Assembly: GCA_039804105.1 (NCBI GenBank)
Contig: JBDRZU010000002.1
Span: forward strand, 32,001-96,000
DNA from: a candidate division WOR-3 bacterium
Lineage (GTDB): Bacteria > Hydrothermota > 32-111
Length of the DNA stretch: 64,000 nt
Direction of reading: 5' to 3'
Part shown: one piece after another, positions 20,034-27,740 of the stretch
Layout: each line of letters begins with the position of its first letter
Numbering within the stretch: position 1 is the first letter of the stretch
Notes under the pieces: generated by a model
Databases searched by the model: none
Seen by the model: the letters and a program-made list of their open reading frames with translations, nothing else
What the model was told of the DNA's origin: nothing
Program-made: the position numbers and the translations under genes

Positions 20034-20686
20034 AAGTTCTCCTTCTCTATTTTTTTTATAGCAAGTTTTGCTGCTTTCTTTTCACTCTCTTTTTTACTTC
20101 TACCAATCGATTGTGAATAATATTTACCATCGAGATAAACTTTACATCTGAACTTATCATCTTTGTAAAGTTCTGTTCTAAATTCGGGAAGTTTTTTATA
20201 TTTTAAAAGTGATAACTCCTGCAACCTGTTTTTTGCAAAAAAATCTTTAGGCATCTCTTTTGAATTTTTTAAAACCAATCGAAAGAATTTTTTGACTCCC
20301 CTTATACCTTTTTCAATGTATATTGCACCAAAAAGAGATTCGATTATATCCTCTTTGATCGAATCTGGAATAACTTTCAAAGCTTTCCTGTCGACAAATA
20401 TCAGTTCTTCGAATTCTAATTTTGAAAATATAAAAGATAGATTATGTCGGTTTACTATCTCACTCCTTTTCTTTGATAATTCTCCCTCATCAACATTTTT
20501 AAATTTTTTAAAAAGATGCTCTGATGTTAAAAATGATAGAATCGAATCACCTAAAAATTCAAGCCTTTCGTATGAAATATCTGAACCTTTTGAACTATGG
20601 GTTAAAGATTCTTTTAAAAGTTCAACATTTTCAAATTCGATTCCAGTTATATCTTTGAATTTTTTCAACAACTCTTTATCATTCAT
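20030..20686 (-). CDS. rnc: Ribonuclease III
   Basis: LTHSS, YERLEFLGDSIL signature, C-terminal dsRBD (KNRLQE...GRSKKESEKKAA); ATG 20686 overlaps the fabF stop. Confidence 0.94.
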   Translation of the reverse strand: MNDKELLKKFKDITGIEFENVELLKESLTHSSKGSDISYERLEFLGDSILSFLTSEHLFKKFKNVDEGELSKKRSEIVNRHNLSFIFSKLEFEELIFVDRKALKVIPDSIKEDIIESLFGAIYIEKGIRGVKKFFRLVLKNSKEMPKDFFAKNRLQELSLLKYKKLPEFRTELYKDDKFRCKVYLDGKYYSQSIGRSKKESEKKAAKLAIKKIEKENL

Positions 20687-21914
20687 ATTTAGCAAAACCA
20701 AGAGTCACATTGTGTCCACCAAAACCGAATGAATTCGATAATGCGAATTTTATATCTTTTTTTACAGCAACATTTGGAGTATAATTCAGATCACAGTTTG
20801 GATCCTTATTCTCATAGTTTATCGTTGGTGGAATTATTCCGTTTTTTATTGCAAGTATTGTTGCAACTGCCTCAACTGCACTTGCAGCACCCAGAAGATG
20901 CCCATGCATCGATTTGGTACTTGATATGTTGATATCGTATGCTCTATCTTTAAACACTTTTTTTATCGCCAACGTCTCCATCTGATCGTTTAATTTTGTT
21001 GAAGTTCCATGTGCATTTATATAATCAACATCTTCAACAGTTTTCCCACTCTTTTTTATAGCAAGCATCATACATTTTGCAGGGCCTTCTCCGGTCTCAT
21101 CTGGAGCAGTTATATGGTAAGCATCATCGTTGTAACCGTATCCTGTAATCTCCGCATATATCGGAGCATTTCTTTTCAAAGCGTGCTCAAGAGATTCAAG
21201 GATGAGAATCGCACCACCTTCGGCGATAACGAATCCATCCCTTAAAGCATCAAAAGGTCTTGATGCTTTCTCCGGCTGATCGTTCCTTGTTGAAAGCGCC
21301 TGAAGAGCGATAAATCCACCAACCGAAAGAGGTGTAATCGACGCTTCAACACCACCACAAACCATAATATCAGCATTATCAAGGATTATCTGATTGTATG
21401 CATCCGCTATCGCATGACCACTTGAAGCACATGCTGAAACAACCGAAAAATTTGGACCTTTTAATTTATACCTGATCGCTACATTACCAGAAGATGAGTT
21501 AACGATCATCATAGGAACAAAGAAAGGGCTCAACCTTTCAACACCTTCTTTCAAAAAGATGGAATGTTGATTTTCCCATGTTTCTACTCCGCCTATACCT
21601 GTTGCGATTATCACTCCTGCTCTATCAGTATCTATTTTATCAAGTTCCAGTTTCGAATTTTTAAGCGCTTCATCCGTTGTGTATATAGCATACTGTGTGA
21701 CTCTGTCCATTCTCCTTAACTCTTTTTTATTGATGACAAATTCCGGGTTAAAATTTTTTACCTCTCCTGCGATCTTTGAAGCGAAGTTCGTTGTGTCAAA
21801 CCTTGTTATCGATGAGATTCCACTTTTACCAGCAAAAAGATTTTTTGCAAACTCATCGAGATTGTTTCCTATAGATGATATAATACCGATTCCAGTAATG
21901 ACAACCCTCTTCAT
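20679..21914 (-). CDS. fabF: 3-oxoacyl-ACP synthase II
   Basis: MKRVVITGIG, SACASS (Cys), DAYHITAP, INAHGTST, GHLLGAA, SNSFGFGGHN. Confidence 0.97.
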   Translation of the reverse strand: MKRVVITGIGIISSIGNNLDEFAKNLFAGKSGISSITRFDTTNFASKIAGEVKNFNPEFVINKKELRRMDRVTQYAIYTTDEALKNSKLELDKIDTDRAGVIIATGIGGVETWENQHSIFLKEGVERLSPFFVPMMIVNSSSGNVAIRYKLKGPNFSVVSACASSGHAIADAYNQIILDNADIMVCGGVEASITPLSVGGFIALQALSTRNDQPEKASRPFDALRDGFVIAEGGAILILESLEHALKRNAPIYAEITGYGYNDDAYHITAPDETGEGPAKCMMLAIKKSGKTVEDVDYINAHGTSTKLNDQMETLAIKKVFKDRAYDINISSTKSMHGHLLGAASAVEAVATILAIKNGIIPPTINYENKDPNCDLNYTPNVAVKKDIKFALSNSFGFGGHNVTLGFAKYE

Positions 21915-21935
21915 TAGAATATCTCCTTTTTAATA

Positions 21936-21964
21936 AAAAGAAGCGGGAAATCCCGCTTTCTTTT
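21936..21964 (-). terminator. Intrinsic terminator-like hairpin between acpP and fabF
   Basis: Inverted repeat AAGCGGGA-aa-TCCCGCTT (21941-21958), followed by a T-rich tail on the minus strand. Confidence 0.75.
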
Positions 21965-21965
21965 G

Positions 21966-22205
21966 TTACTTTGCTATTTTGCCTTCTATATATTTTGCGA
22001 CATCTCCAACTGTTTTCAAATTCACATAATCTTCCTGAGGGATTTTGATCGAATAGATCTTTTCGAGTTCATTTACAAGATCCATAAGATCAAGAGAATC
22101 AGCACCGAGATCCTGCATGATGTTTGCATTTTCGTTGATCTTTGCTTCATCGATTGAAAGGTTCTCAACCAAAAGTTTTTTTACTGTTTCGTAAACCTGT
22201 GACAT
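21966..22205 (-). CDS. acpP: Acyl carrier protein
   Basis: 79 aa, acidic, DLGADSLD phosphopantetheine site, TVGD. Confidence 0.96.
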   Translation of the reverse strand: MSQVYETVKKLLVENLSIDEAKINENANIMQDLGADSLDLMDLVNELEKIYSIKIPQEDYVNLKTVGDVAKYIEGKIAK

Positions 22206-22226
22206 CGAATACCTCCTTACTTGTTT

Positions 22227-22967
22227 TTACATCAACATTCCACCATCACAATGTATAACCTGCCCAGTAATATAACTTGCTTTTTCTGAAGAAAGAAACA
22301 AACACAGGTTGGCAACATCCTCAGGTATGCCCATTCTACCGAGAGGGATAAGTTTTGCATACTCCTTTATAACCTCTTCTGGAAGCTTTTTAGTCATATC
22401 GGTTTCAATGAATCCTGGAGCGATTGCGTTTACCCTAACATTCCTTGAGCCAACCTCTTTTGCGAGTGATTTTGTAAAACCGATGATCCCTGCTTTACTC
22501 GCTGCATAGTTTGATTGCCCTTTGTTTCCCATAATACCTATAACTGATGAGATATTTGTTATGACACCTTTCCTTTTTTTTATCATATATTTAACAACAC
22601 TCTTCGAACAGTTGAAAGTTCCTTTCAGGTTCACCGCAATAACTTTATCCCATTCTTCCTCAGTCATACTTATCAAAAGATTATCTTTTGTGATACCTGC
22701 ATTGTTGATCAAAAAATCTATATTTTCATATTTTTTCATTACCTCTTCAACAACCTGTTCAACCATTGAAAAACTTGAAACATCAACTTTGAAATATTCA
22801 AAAGAAACTCCAAATTTTTCTATCTCTTTTTTTATTTCTTGGAGATTATCATCTATAAGATCGAAGACGATAACATTTGCACCTTCAGAAGCAAAAGATA
22901 AAGATATACTTTTACCAATTCCTCTCAAACCACCTGTCACGATAACATTTTTTCCTTTGAACTCCAT
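22227..22967 (-). CDS. fabG: 3-oxoacyl-ACP reductase
   Basis: TGGLRGIG, NNAGITKD, NYAASKAG, IAPGFIETDMT, ITGQ; ATG 22967 after AAGGAG. Confidence 0.96.
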   Translation of the reverse strand: MEFKGKNVIVTGGLRGIGKSISLSFASEGANVIVFDLIDDNLQEIKKEIEKFGVSFEYFKVDVSSFSMVEQVVEEVMKKYENIDFLINNAGITKDNLLISMTEEEWDKVIAVNLKGTFNCSKSVVKYMIKKRKGVITNISSVIGIMGNKGQSNYAASKAGIIGFTKSLAKEVGSRNVRVNAIAPGFIETDMTKKLPEEVIKEYAKLIPLGRMGIPEDVANLCLFLSSEKASYITGQVIHCDGGMLM

Positions 22968-22969
22968 AC

Positions 22970-23878
22970 TCACTCCTTAAAAAAATTTTTTATCTCCTCT
23001 TCTTTTTCAAAAGAGTAGATCTTTTTTTCTGGAAACATCTTCCTTGCGATCCCACTCAAAACTTTTGAAGGGCCCACTTCATAAAAGTTTTCATAACCAT
23101 TCTTGTAAAGATTTTTTAAAATCTGTGTCCATTTAACTGGACTGACTATCTGCTGTTTCAAAAGATCTTTTATTTTAGAAGGATCATTTTCAAATTCTGC
23201 GGAAACATTCATCAAAACATAACAATCAGGTTTTTTGAATTCAAAATTTTCTATATAATCTGAGAACTCTCTGTAAGCATAATCCATCAGAGGTGAATGG
23301 AACGCTCCTGAAACATTCAGTTTTATGACTCTTTTTGCTCCCTCGTCGGTCAATTTTTTCGATGCTATTTCAACTCCATCAACAGTTCCAGAGATAACTG
23401 TCTGCATATCACCATTGTAGTTTGCAACAACAACTCCATCCACTTTTGATACAATTTCCTCTATCTTTTGAGGTGAAAGACCTATCACAGCTGCCATACT
23501 ACCTTTTGCTTTTTCTCCTGCTAAACTCATCAACTCTCCCCTTTTTCTCACAAGTTTTACAGCTGTCTCAAAATCGAATACACCTGCAACAAGTAGAGCG
23601 GAGTACTCCCCAAGTGAATGTCCACAAACAGCATCAAAACTGATTTTGTGTTTTAAAAGCGAATAAACTGAATAAGAATGTAAAAGAATAGCAACCTGAG
23701 CATTCTTAGATTCAGTCAAAACATTTTCAGGACCCTCAAACATTATACTTGAAATATCATCATTTATTATTTCAGATGTTTTATCAAAAAGTTTTTTTAT
23801 TTCAAAATTCTGATAAAGGTCAAACCCCATTTTAACATACTGGGAACCCTGACCTGGAAACATCAATACACTTTTCAT
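22970..23878 (-). CDS. fabD: Malonyl-CoA:ACP transacylase
   Basis: FPGQGSQ, GHSLGEY, VSGAFHS, EVGP. Confidence 0.97.
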   Translation of the reverse strand: MKSVLMFPGQGSQYVKMGFDLYQNFEIKKLFDKTSEIINDDISSIMFEGPENVLTESKNAQVAILLHSYSVYSLLKHKISFDAVCGHSLGEYSALLVAGVFDFETAVKLVRKRGELMSLAGEKAKGSMAAVIGLSPQKIEEIVSKVDGVVVANYNGDMQTVISGTVDGVEIASKKLTDEGAKRVIKLNVSGAFHSPLMDYAYREFSDYIENFEFKKPDCYVLMNVSAEFENDPSKIKDLLKQQIVSPVKWTQILKNLYKNGYENFYEVGPSKVLSGIARKMFPEKKIYSFEKEEEIKNFFKE

Positions 23879-23879
23879 A

Positions 23880-24860
23880 TCACCACCTTATTACAGAGGC
23901 ACCCCATGTAAACCCTGCACCAAAAGCATCTATCAAAATTATATCACCTTTTTTTAAAAGACCAGTTCTGTTCATCTGATCGAGTGCAATCGGAATCGAA
24001 CCTGCTGATGTGTTCGCAGTTTTATCAATATTCACAAAGACCTTCTCTTTTGGAACTTTAAGATATTTTGCGGTTGTATCTATTATCCTTATATTCGCCT
24101 GATGCGGAATAAACCATTTTACATCTTCAGAATTTACATTAGCCATCATCAGTGCCTTTTCAGCAGCCATCTGCATTGTGTTAACAGCATATTTATAAAC
24201 TTCGTTTCCCTCCATATGGATCGTATGAAGTTTTTTCTGCACAGTTTCCATAGTCGCAGGATTCCTTGAACCACCTGCTGGTTGATGCAGAAGATTTTCC
24301 ATATTCCCATCTGCACCTATATAGATCGATAGAAGGCCAGATTCATCGTTTGATTCCTCAACAACAGCACATCCAACACCATCACCAAAAAGTACACATG
24401 TTGACCTGTCACTCCAGTTTGTAACCTTTGAGAGTGTCTCTCCTCCAAGAACAAGAATTCTTTTCATCGAAGTCGAATTGATAAGTCCATTTGCAACAGC
24501 GAGCCCATAAATAAAACCAGAACATGCAGCGGAAATATCAAATGCAGGTATATTCGGCATATTCAAAGCTTTTTGAACATATATCGCTGTCGATGGAAAA
24601 AGTTTATCTGGTGTTACTGTTCCAAATATTATACAATCTATTGTTTTTGGGTCGATGTTGAAAGTTTCAAAACATCTTTTTGCTGCTATCACTCCAAGAT
24701 CACTCGTTGCCTGATCATCGGATGCTATATGTCTTTCCTTGATTCCTGTTCTCTGTGTTATCCATTCATCACTGGTATCAACAATTTTTGCAAGATCATC
24801 ATTTGTTAGAATTTTTTCAGGAAGATATGATCCTGTTGCTATAATTTTAATTCTCTTCAC
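23880..24860 (-). CDS. fabH: 3-oxoacyl-ACP synthase III
   Basis: DTSDEWITQRTGI, AACSGF, DRSTCVLFGDG, PHQANIRI, NTSAGSIP, FGAGFTWG; GTG 24860 after AGGAG. Confidence 0.96.
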   Translation of the reverse strand: MKRIKIIATGSYLPEKILTNDDLAKIVDTSDEWITQRTGIKERHIASDDQATSDLGVIAAKRCFETFNIDPKTIDCIIFGTVTPDKLFPSTAIYVQKALNMPNIPAFDISAACSGFIYGLAVANGLINSTSMKRILVLGGETLSKVTNWSDRSTCVLFGDGVGCAVVEESNDESGLLSIYIGADGNMENLLHQPAGGSRNPATMETVQKKLHTIHMEGNEVYKYAVNTMQMAAEKALMMANVNSEDVKWFIPHQANIRIIDTTAKYLKVPKEKVFVNIDKTANTSAGSIPIALDQMNRTGLLKKGDIILIDAFGAGFTWGASVIRW

Positions 24861-25890
24861 TTTCACTCCTTTCAAAAATACCCTTTAAATCTTCAACAAG
24901 ATTTTTAGAAGCAAGATATTTCGCGTTCATTATTCCACTTGCTACAGCTTTTGGATTGGATTTCCCATGACCGATCAATACGACTCCGTTTATACCAAGA
25001 AGCGGAGCTCCACCATATTCATCATAACTTGCTTTTTTCAAAAATTTTTTTATCGAAAAGTAAAAGAAAGGTAATCCTAAAAAACCTGGGGCTGAAAGTG
25101 TTAGTCCTAGAATAGCAACGGGTAATGGTTTCAGGGATGTTTTAAGGTTATCTTTAACCCAGTGTATCATACCTTCAGCGAATTTCAAAACTATATTACC
25201 TGTAAAACCATCAGTAACTATTACATCAACTTTATCAGTGAAAAAGTCACCACCCTCAATGTTTCCAAAAAAATTTATATTTTTATCTTTACTGATTAGT
25301 TCAAAAGCTTTCTGGTATATCACAGATCCTTTCGAATCCTCCTCTCCAATTGACAACAAACCCACAAGAGGTTTTTCAATTCCTCTCATAATCTTCATAT
25401 ACTCACTTCCAAGCAGAGCGAACTGATAAAGATTTTCTGGCTTTGGATCAGGGGTTGCCCCTAAATCAAGTATCAAAGGATGTTTTCCTATAGGAAAAGT
25501 GAAACCTAATGCTGGTCTTATCACCCCTTTTATCCTTCCGACCTTTGTTAACGAAAAAGCGAGTATGACTCCAGTGTTACCTGGGGAGAAGAACGCATCC
25601 GCCTTTTTTTCCTTTACAAGTTCAAGACCTTTTGCTATTGAAGAATTTTTTTTGTTCTCCAAAGCCCATGTTGGAGTATCATCCATCGAAACATCATTTT
25701 CCGACTCAACTATCTCATATTTTACAGAAAAATCTTTGTATTTCTCTTTCAAATATTTTTCAATGAGTTTTTTGTCCCCAACAAAAATGATCGTGTCATC
25801 ATCATTCAGTTTCTTTGATGCTATGTAAGCACCAGCCATGTTCACTTCAATTCCTACATCCCCTCCCATAGCATCAAGAACTATTTTCAC
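24847..25890 (-). CDS. plsX: Phosphate acyltransferase PlsX
   Basis: LDAMGGD, SPGNTG, RPAL, IGEEDSKG, VTDGFTGNIVLK, YGGAPLLG, HGKS. Confidence 0.96.
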   Translation of the reverse strand: MKIVLDAMGGDVGIEVNMAGAYIASKKLNDDDTIIFVGDKKLIEKYLKEKYKDFSVKYEIVESENDVSMDDTPTWALENKKNSSIAKGLELVKEKKADAFFSPGNTGVILAFSLTKVGRIKGVIRPALGFTFPIGKHPLILDLGATPDPKPENLYQFALLGSEYMKIMRGIEKPLVGLLSIGEEDSKGSVIYQKAFELISKDKNINFFGNIEGGDFFTDKVDVIVTDGFTGNIVLKFAEGMIHWVKDNLKTSLKPLPVAILGLTLSAPGFLGLPFFYFSIKKFLKKASYDEYGGAPLLGINGVVLIGHGKSNPKAVASGIMNAKYLASKNLVEDLKGIFERSESEEN

Positions 25891-26076
25891 TTATACCTCT
25901 TTTTTAATCGTTATATACTCTTTACCTTTATAGTATCCACAGGATGGACAGATTGAATGTGATTTCGTCAATGCACCACAATGGGAACAAACAGTTAGAG
26001 ATGGTTTAAAAAGTTTCCAGTGAGTTCTTCTTTTTCTTCCTCTTGTTCTCGAATTTCTTCTTTTTGGTACAGCCAT
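25891..26076 (-). CDS. rpmF: 50S ribosomal protein L32
   Basis: MAVPKRR..., zinc ribbon CSHC...CPSCGYY. Confidence 0.97.
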   Translation of the reverse strand: MAVPKRRNSRTRGRKRRTHWKLFKPSLTVCSHCGALTKSHSICPSCGYYKGKEYITIKKEV

Positions 26077-26085
26077 TTTTTCCTC

Positions 26086-26526
26086 CTAAATATTACATTT
26101 ACATTTTTCTTCGTTTAGATTCACTCCACATCTTGGACATATACCTTTACAATCTTCTTTGCAAAGGTTTTTTACTGGGAGTGATGTTACAACTATATCC
26201 TTGATATAATCGGTAATATCACAAAGGTAATCTGTAAATTTTATTATATCAAGTTCATCTCCGAGATAATCCTTCTTTAAAATAAAAAGAACCTCTTCAG
26301 AAAAATTTTTTTTAAATCTTTTAAGACATCTATCACAAATAAGTTCGAGTTGAAAGTCGATTTTCCCTTCAAACTCTATCTGGGTTTTATGGATATTGTT
26401 GACTTGGAATTCACCTTTTATGTAAAGATCATCATTAAAAAATTCATACTCTTCTTTTCTTATGACCCACTGGAAACTCTGATTTGATATACCAGCAGGT
26501 ATTGATGAGATATTGATATTTATCAT
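26086..26526 (-). CDS. yceD: DUF177/YceD family protein
   Basis: CDRCL and LCKEDCKGICPRCGVNLNEEKCKC motifs; conserved position before rpmF. Confidence 0.9.
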   Translation of the reverse strand: MININISSIPAGISNQSFQWVIRKEEYEFFNDDLYIKGEFQVNNIHKTQIEFEGKIDFQLELICDRCLKRFKKNFSEEVLFILKKDYLGDELDIIKFTDYLCDITDYIKDIVVTSLPVKNLCKEDCKGICPRCGVNLNEEKCKCNI

Positions 26527-26535
26527 AAGTTTTTT

Positions 26536-26563
26536 ATTATAACAAGAAAAGTTTAATTGTCAA
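26536..26563 (-). promoter_or_regulatory. Consensus sigma70 promoter (extended -10) of the yceD-rpmF-plsX-fab operon
   Basis: TTGACA (26563-26558), 16-nt spacer ending in TGT, TATAAT (26541-26536), 9 nt, ATG; no SD. Confidence 0.75.
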
Positions 26564-26601
26564 GTATTCAAAAAGAAAGATTGAGTTATTGACAATTATA
26601 T

Positions 26602-26634
26602 AAAAAAAACCCGGTTGGAAGCGAGGCCAACCGG
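26602..26634 (-). terminator. Intrinsic terminator of the candidate sRNA
   Basis: 8-bp GC-rich stem CCGGTTGG (26611-26618)/CCAACCGG (26627-26634) and an 8-nt A tract (26602-26609) that reads as U8 on the minus strand. Confidence 0.75.
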
Positions 26635-26662
26635 TTAGGGAGGGAATATGAGATTGGTATTT
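26602..26662 (-). ncRNA. Candidate small RNA (about 60 nt) with anti-SD/anti-AUG segment and intrinsic terminator
   Basis: Own promoter at 26669-26696; sequence ...AUACCAAUCUCAUAUUCCCUCCCUAACCGGUUGG-CCUCGCUU-CCAACCGG-G-U8; no ORF on this strand. Confidence 0.55.
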
Positions 26663-26668
26663 ACTGCA

Positions 26669-26696
26669 AATATAACCATTTTTTTGTTTTTGTCAA
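26669..26696 (-). promoter_or_regulatory. sigma70 promoter of the candidate sRNA
   Basis: TTGACA (26696-26691), 16 nt, TATATT (26674-26669). Confidence 0.6.
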
Positions 26697-26954
26697 GTGT
26701 TCACTTATAATTTTTTTTTAAAATTTGTTTAAATATCCTTAAAATCGTTACTTTTTTGTCAAAAAATCATAGTTTAATTTTTGATTTTTCTGTTGACAAT
26801 TTTAACAAACAATATAAGTTATAAAAATATATACATTTACATTTTTCCCACCTGAATTTTAATCTTTGAATCCATTCGATAAAGTTTCTTTATATATTTA
26901 AAGGTATATTTATTATTACGATCTATTCAATTTTATAAATTTAAAAAATTTCTA

Positions 26955-26982
26955 TTGACAATTTTGAAATGATTCATATAAT
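26955..26982 (+). promoter_or_regulatory. Consensus sigma70 promoter for the tRNA-Lys...thrS run
   Basis: TTGACA (26955-26960), 16 nt, TATAAT (26977-26982), 15 nt before tRNA-Lys. Confidence 0.8.
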
Positions 26983-26997
26983 ATTCTTTCTAAAATT

Positions 26998-27070
26998 GGG
27001 CCGTTAGCTCAGCAGGTAGAGCATCTGCCTTTTAAGCAGGGGGTCACTGGTTCGAATCCAGTACGGCTCA
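26998..27070 (+). tRNA. tRNA-Lys(TTT), CCA not encoded
   Basis: GGGCCGTTAGCTCAGCAGGTAGAGCATCTGC-CTTTTAA-GCAGGGGGTCACTGGTTCGAATCCAGTACGGCTCA cloverleaf. Confidence 0.97.
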
Positions 27071-27090
27071 AATTTTAATAAGGAGATTTT

Positions 27091-27579
27091 ATGGAATCTC
27101 GGCTCTTTACAAATTTTGAAAAGGATGAAGTTGATAGAGTACTCTCCTTTATGAGAAAAAAAAATTTTGAGGAAAATACTTTTGTTTTCAAAGAGGGAGA
27201 TACTGGTGATGAACTTTATCTTATCGAAAAAGGAGAGGTAGAAATCTTCATCGAAAGAAAAGAAAAAAAGATTTTACTTGCTACCTTATCCAGAGGCGAT
27301 TTTTTTGGAGAGATGGGGATTTTAAGGGGTGATAAAAGGTCAGCTTCAGTTCTTTCAAAAACATATCTTGAAACATACACGATATCAAGAAATGACATAG
27401 AAAAATTTCTTGATATGTCAGGTAGAATAGCAGCAAAATTTTTTATCAACCTCTCTGAAGTTCTTGCAGAAAGGATCGCAACAACAAACAGAGAAGTTGA
27501 GAACTGGTTTTTGATAAACGATGCACTTGTAGAAAACGAAACTTTTAGAAACATATATTTTAAAACACACAAAAGATGA
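27091..27579 (+). CDS. Stand-alone cyclic nucleotide-binding domain protein
   Basis: SD AAGGAG; VFKEGDTGDELYLIEKGEV and GDFFGEMGIL...RSASV phosphate-binding cassette; no obvious HTH. Confidence 0.9.
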   Translation: MESRLFTNFEKDEVDRVLSFMRKKNFEENTFVFKEGDTGDELYLIEKGEVEIFIERKEKKILLATLSRGDFFGEMGILRGDKRSASVLSKTYLETYTISRNDIEKFLDMSGRIAAKFFINLSEVLAERIATTNREVENWFLINDALVENETFRNIYFKTHKR

Positions 27580-27580
27580 T

Positions 27581-27652
27581 GTCTCCATCGTCCAGTGGTT
27601 AGGACACAGCTCTTTCAAGGCTGCGACACGGGTTCGACTCCCGTTGGAGACG
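27581..27652 (+). tRNA. tRNA-Glu(TTC), CCA not encoded
   Basis: GTCTCCATCGTCCAGTGGTTAGGACACAGCT-CTTTCAA-GGCTGCGACACGGGTTCGACTCCCGTTGGAGACG. Confidence 0.96.
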
Positions 27653-27654
27653 AT

Positions 27655-27731
27655 GGGCGGTTAGCTCAGATGGTCAGAGTGCTTGCTTGACATGCAAGAG
27701 GTCACTGGTTCGACTCCAGTACCGCCCACCA
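27655..27731 (+). tRNA. tRNA-Val(GAC), CCA encoded
   Basis: GGGCGGTTAGCTCAGATGGTCAGAGTGCTTGC-TTGACAT-GCAAGAGGTCACTGGTTCGACTCCAGTACCGCCCACCA. Confidence 0.97.
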
Positions 27732-27740
27732 TTTAAGAAT

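Noticed and set aside
26710..26950. AT-rich gap at the strand switch as a possible replication origin
   Set aside because: I saw no TTATCCACA-type DnaA boxes and no dnaA, dnaN or gidA nearby; divergent promoters explain the region.
27043..27728. Near-identical repeat GGTCACTGGTTCGA.TCCAGTAC in tRNA-Lys and tRNA-Val as possible att sites around the cNMP gene
   Set aside because: Both copies are T-arms of complete tRNAs, and there is no integrase or partial tRNA duplication.
27687..27740. ORF-track N-terminal extension of thrS (MTCKRSLVRLQYRPP)
   Set aside because: It lies mostly within tRNA-Val; the real start is ATG 27741.
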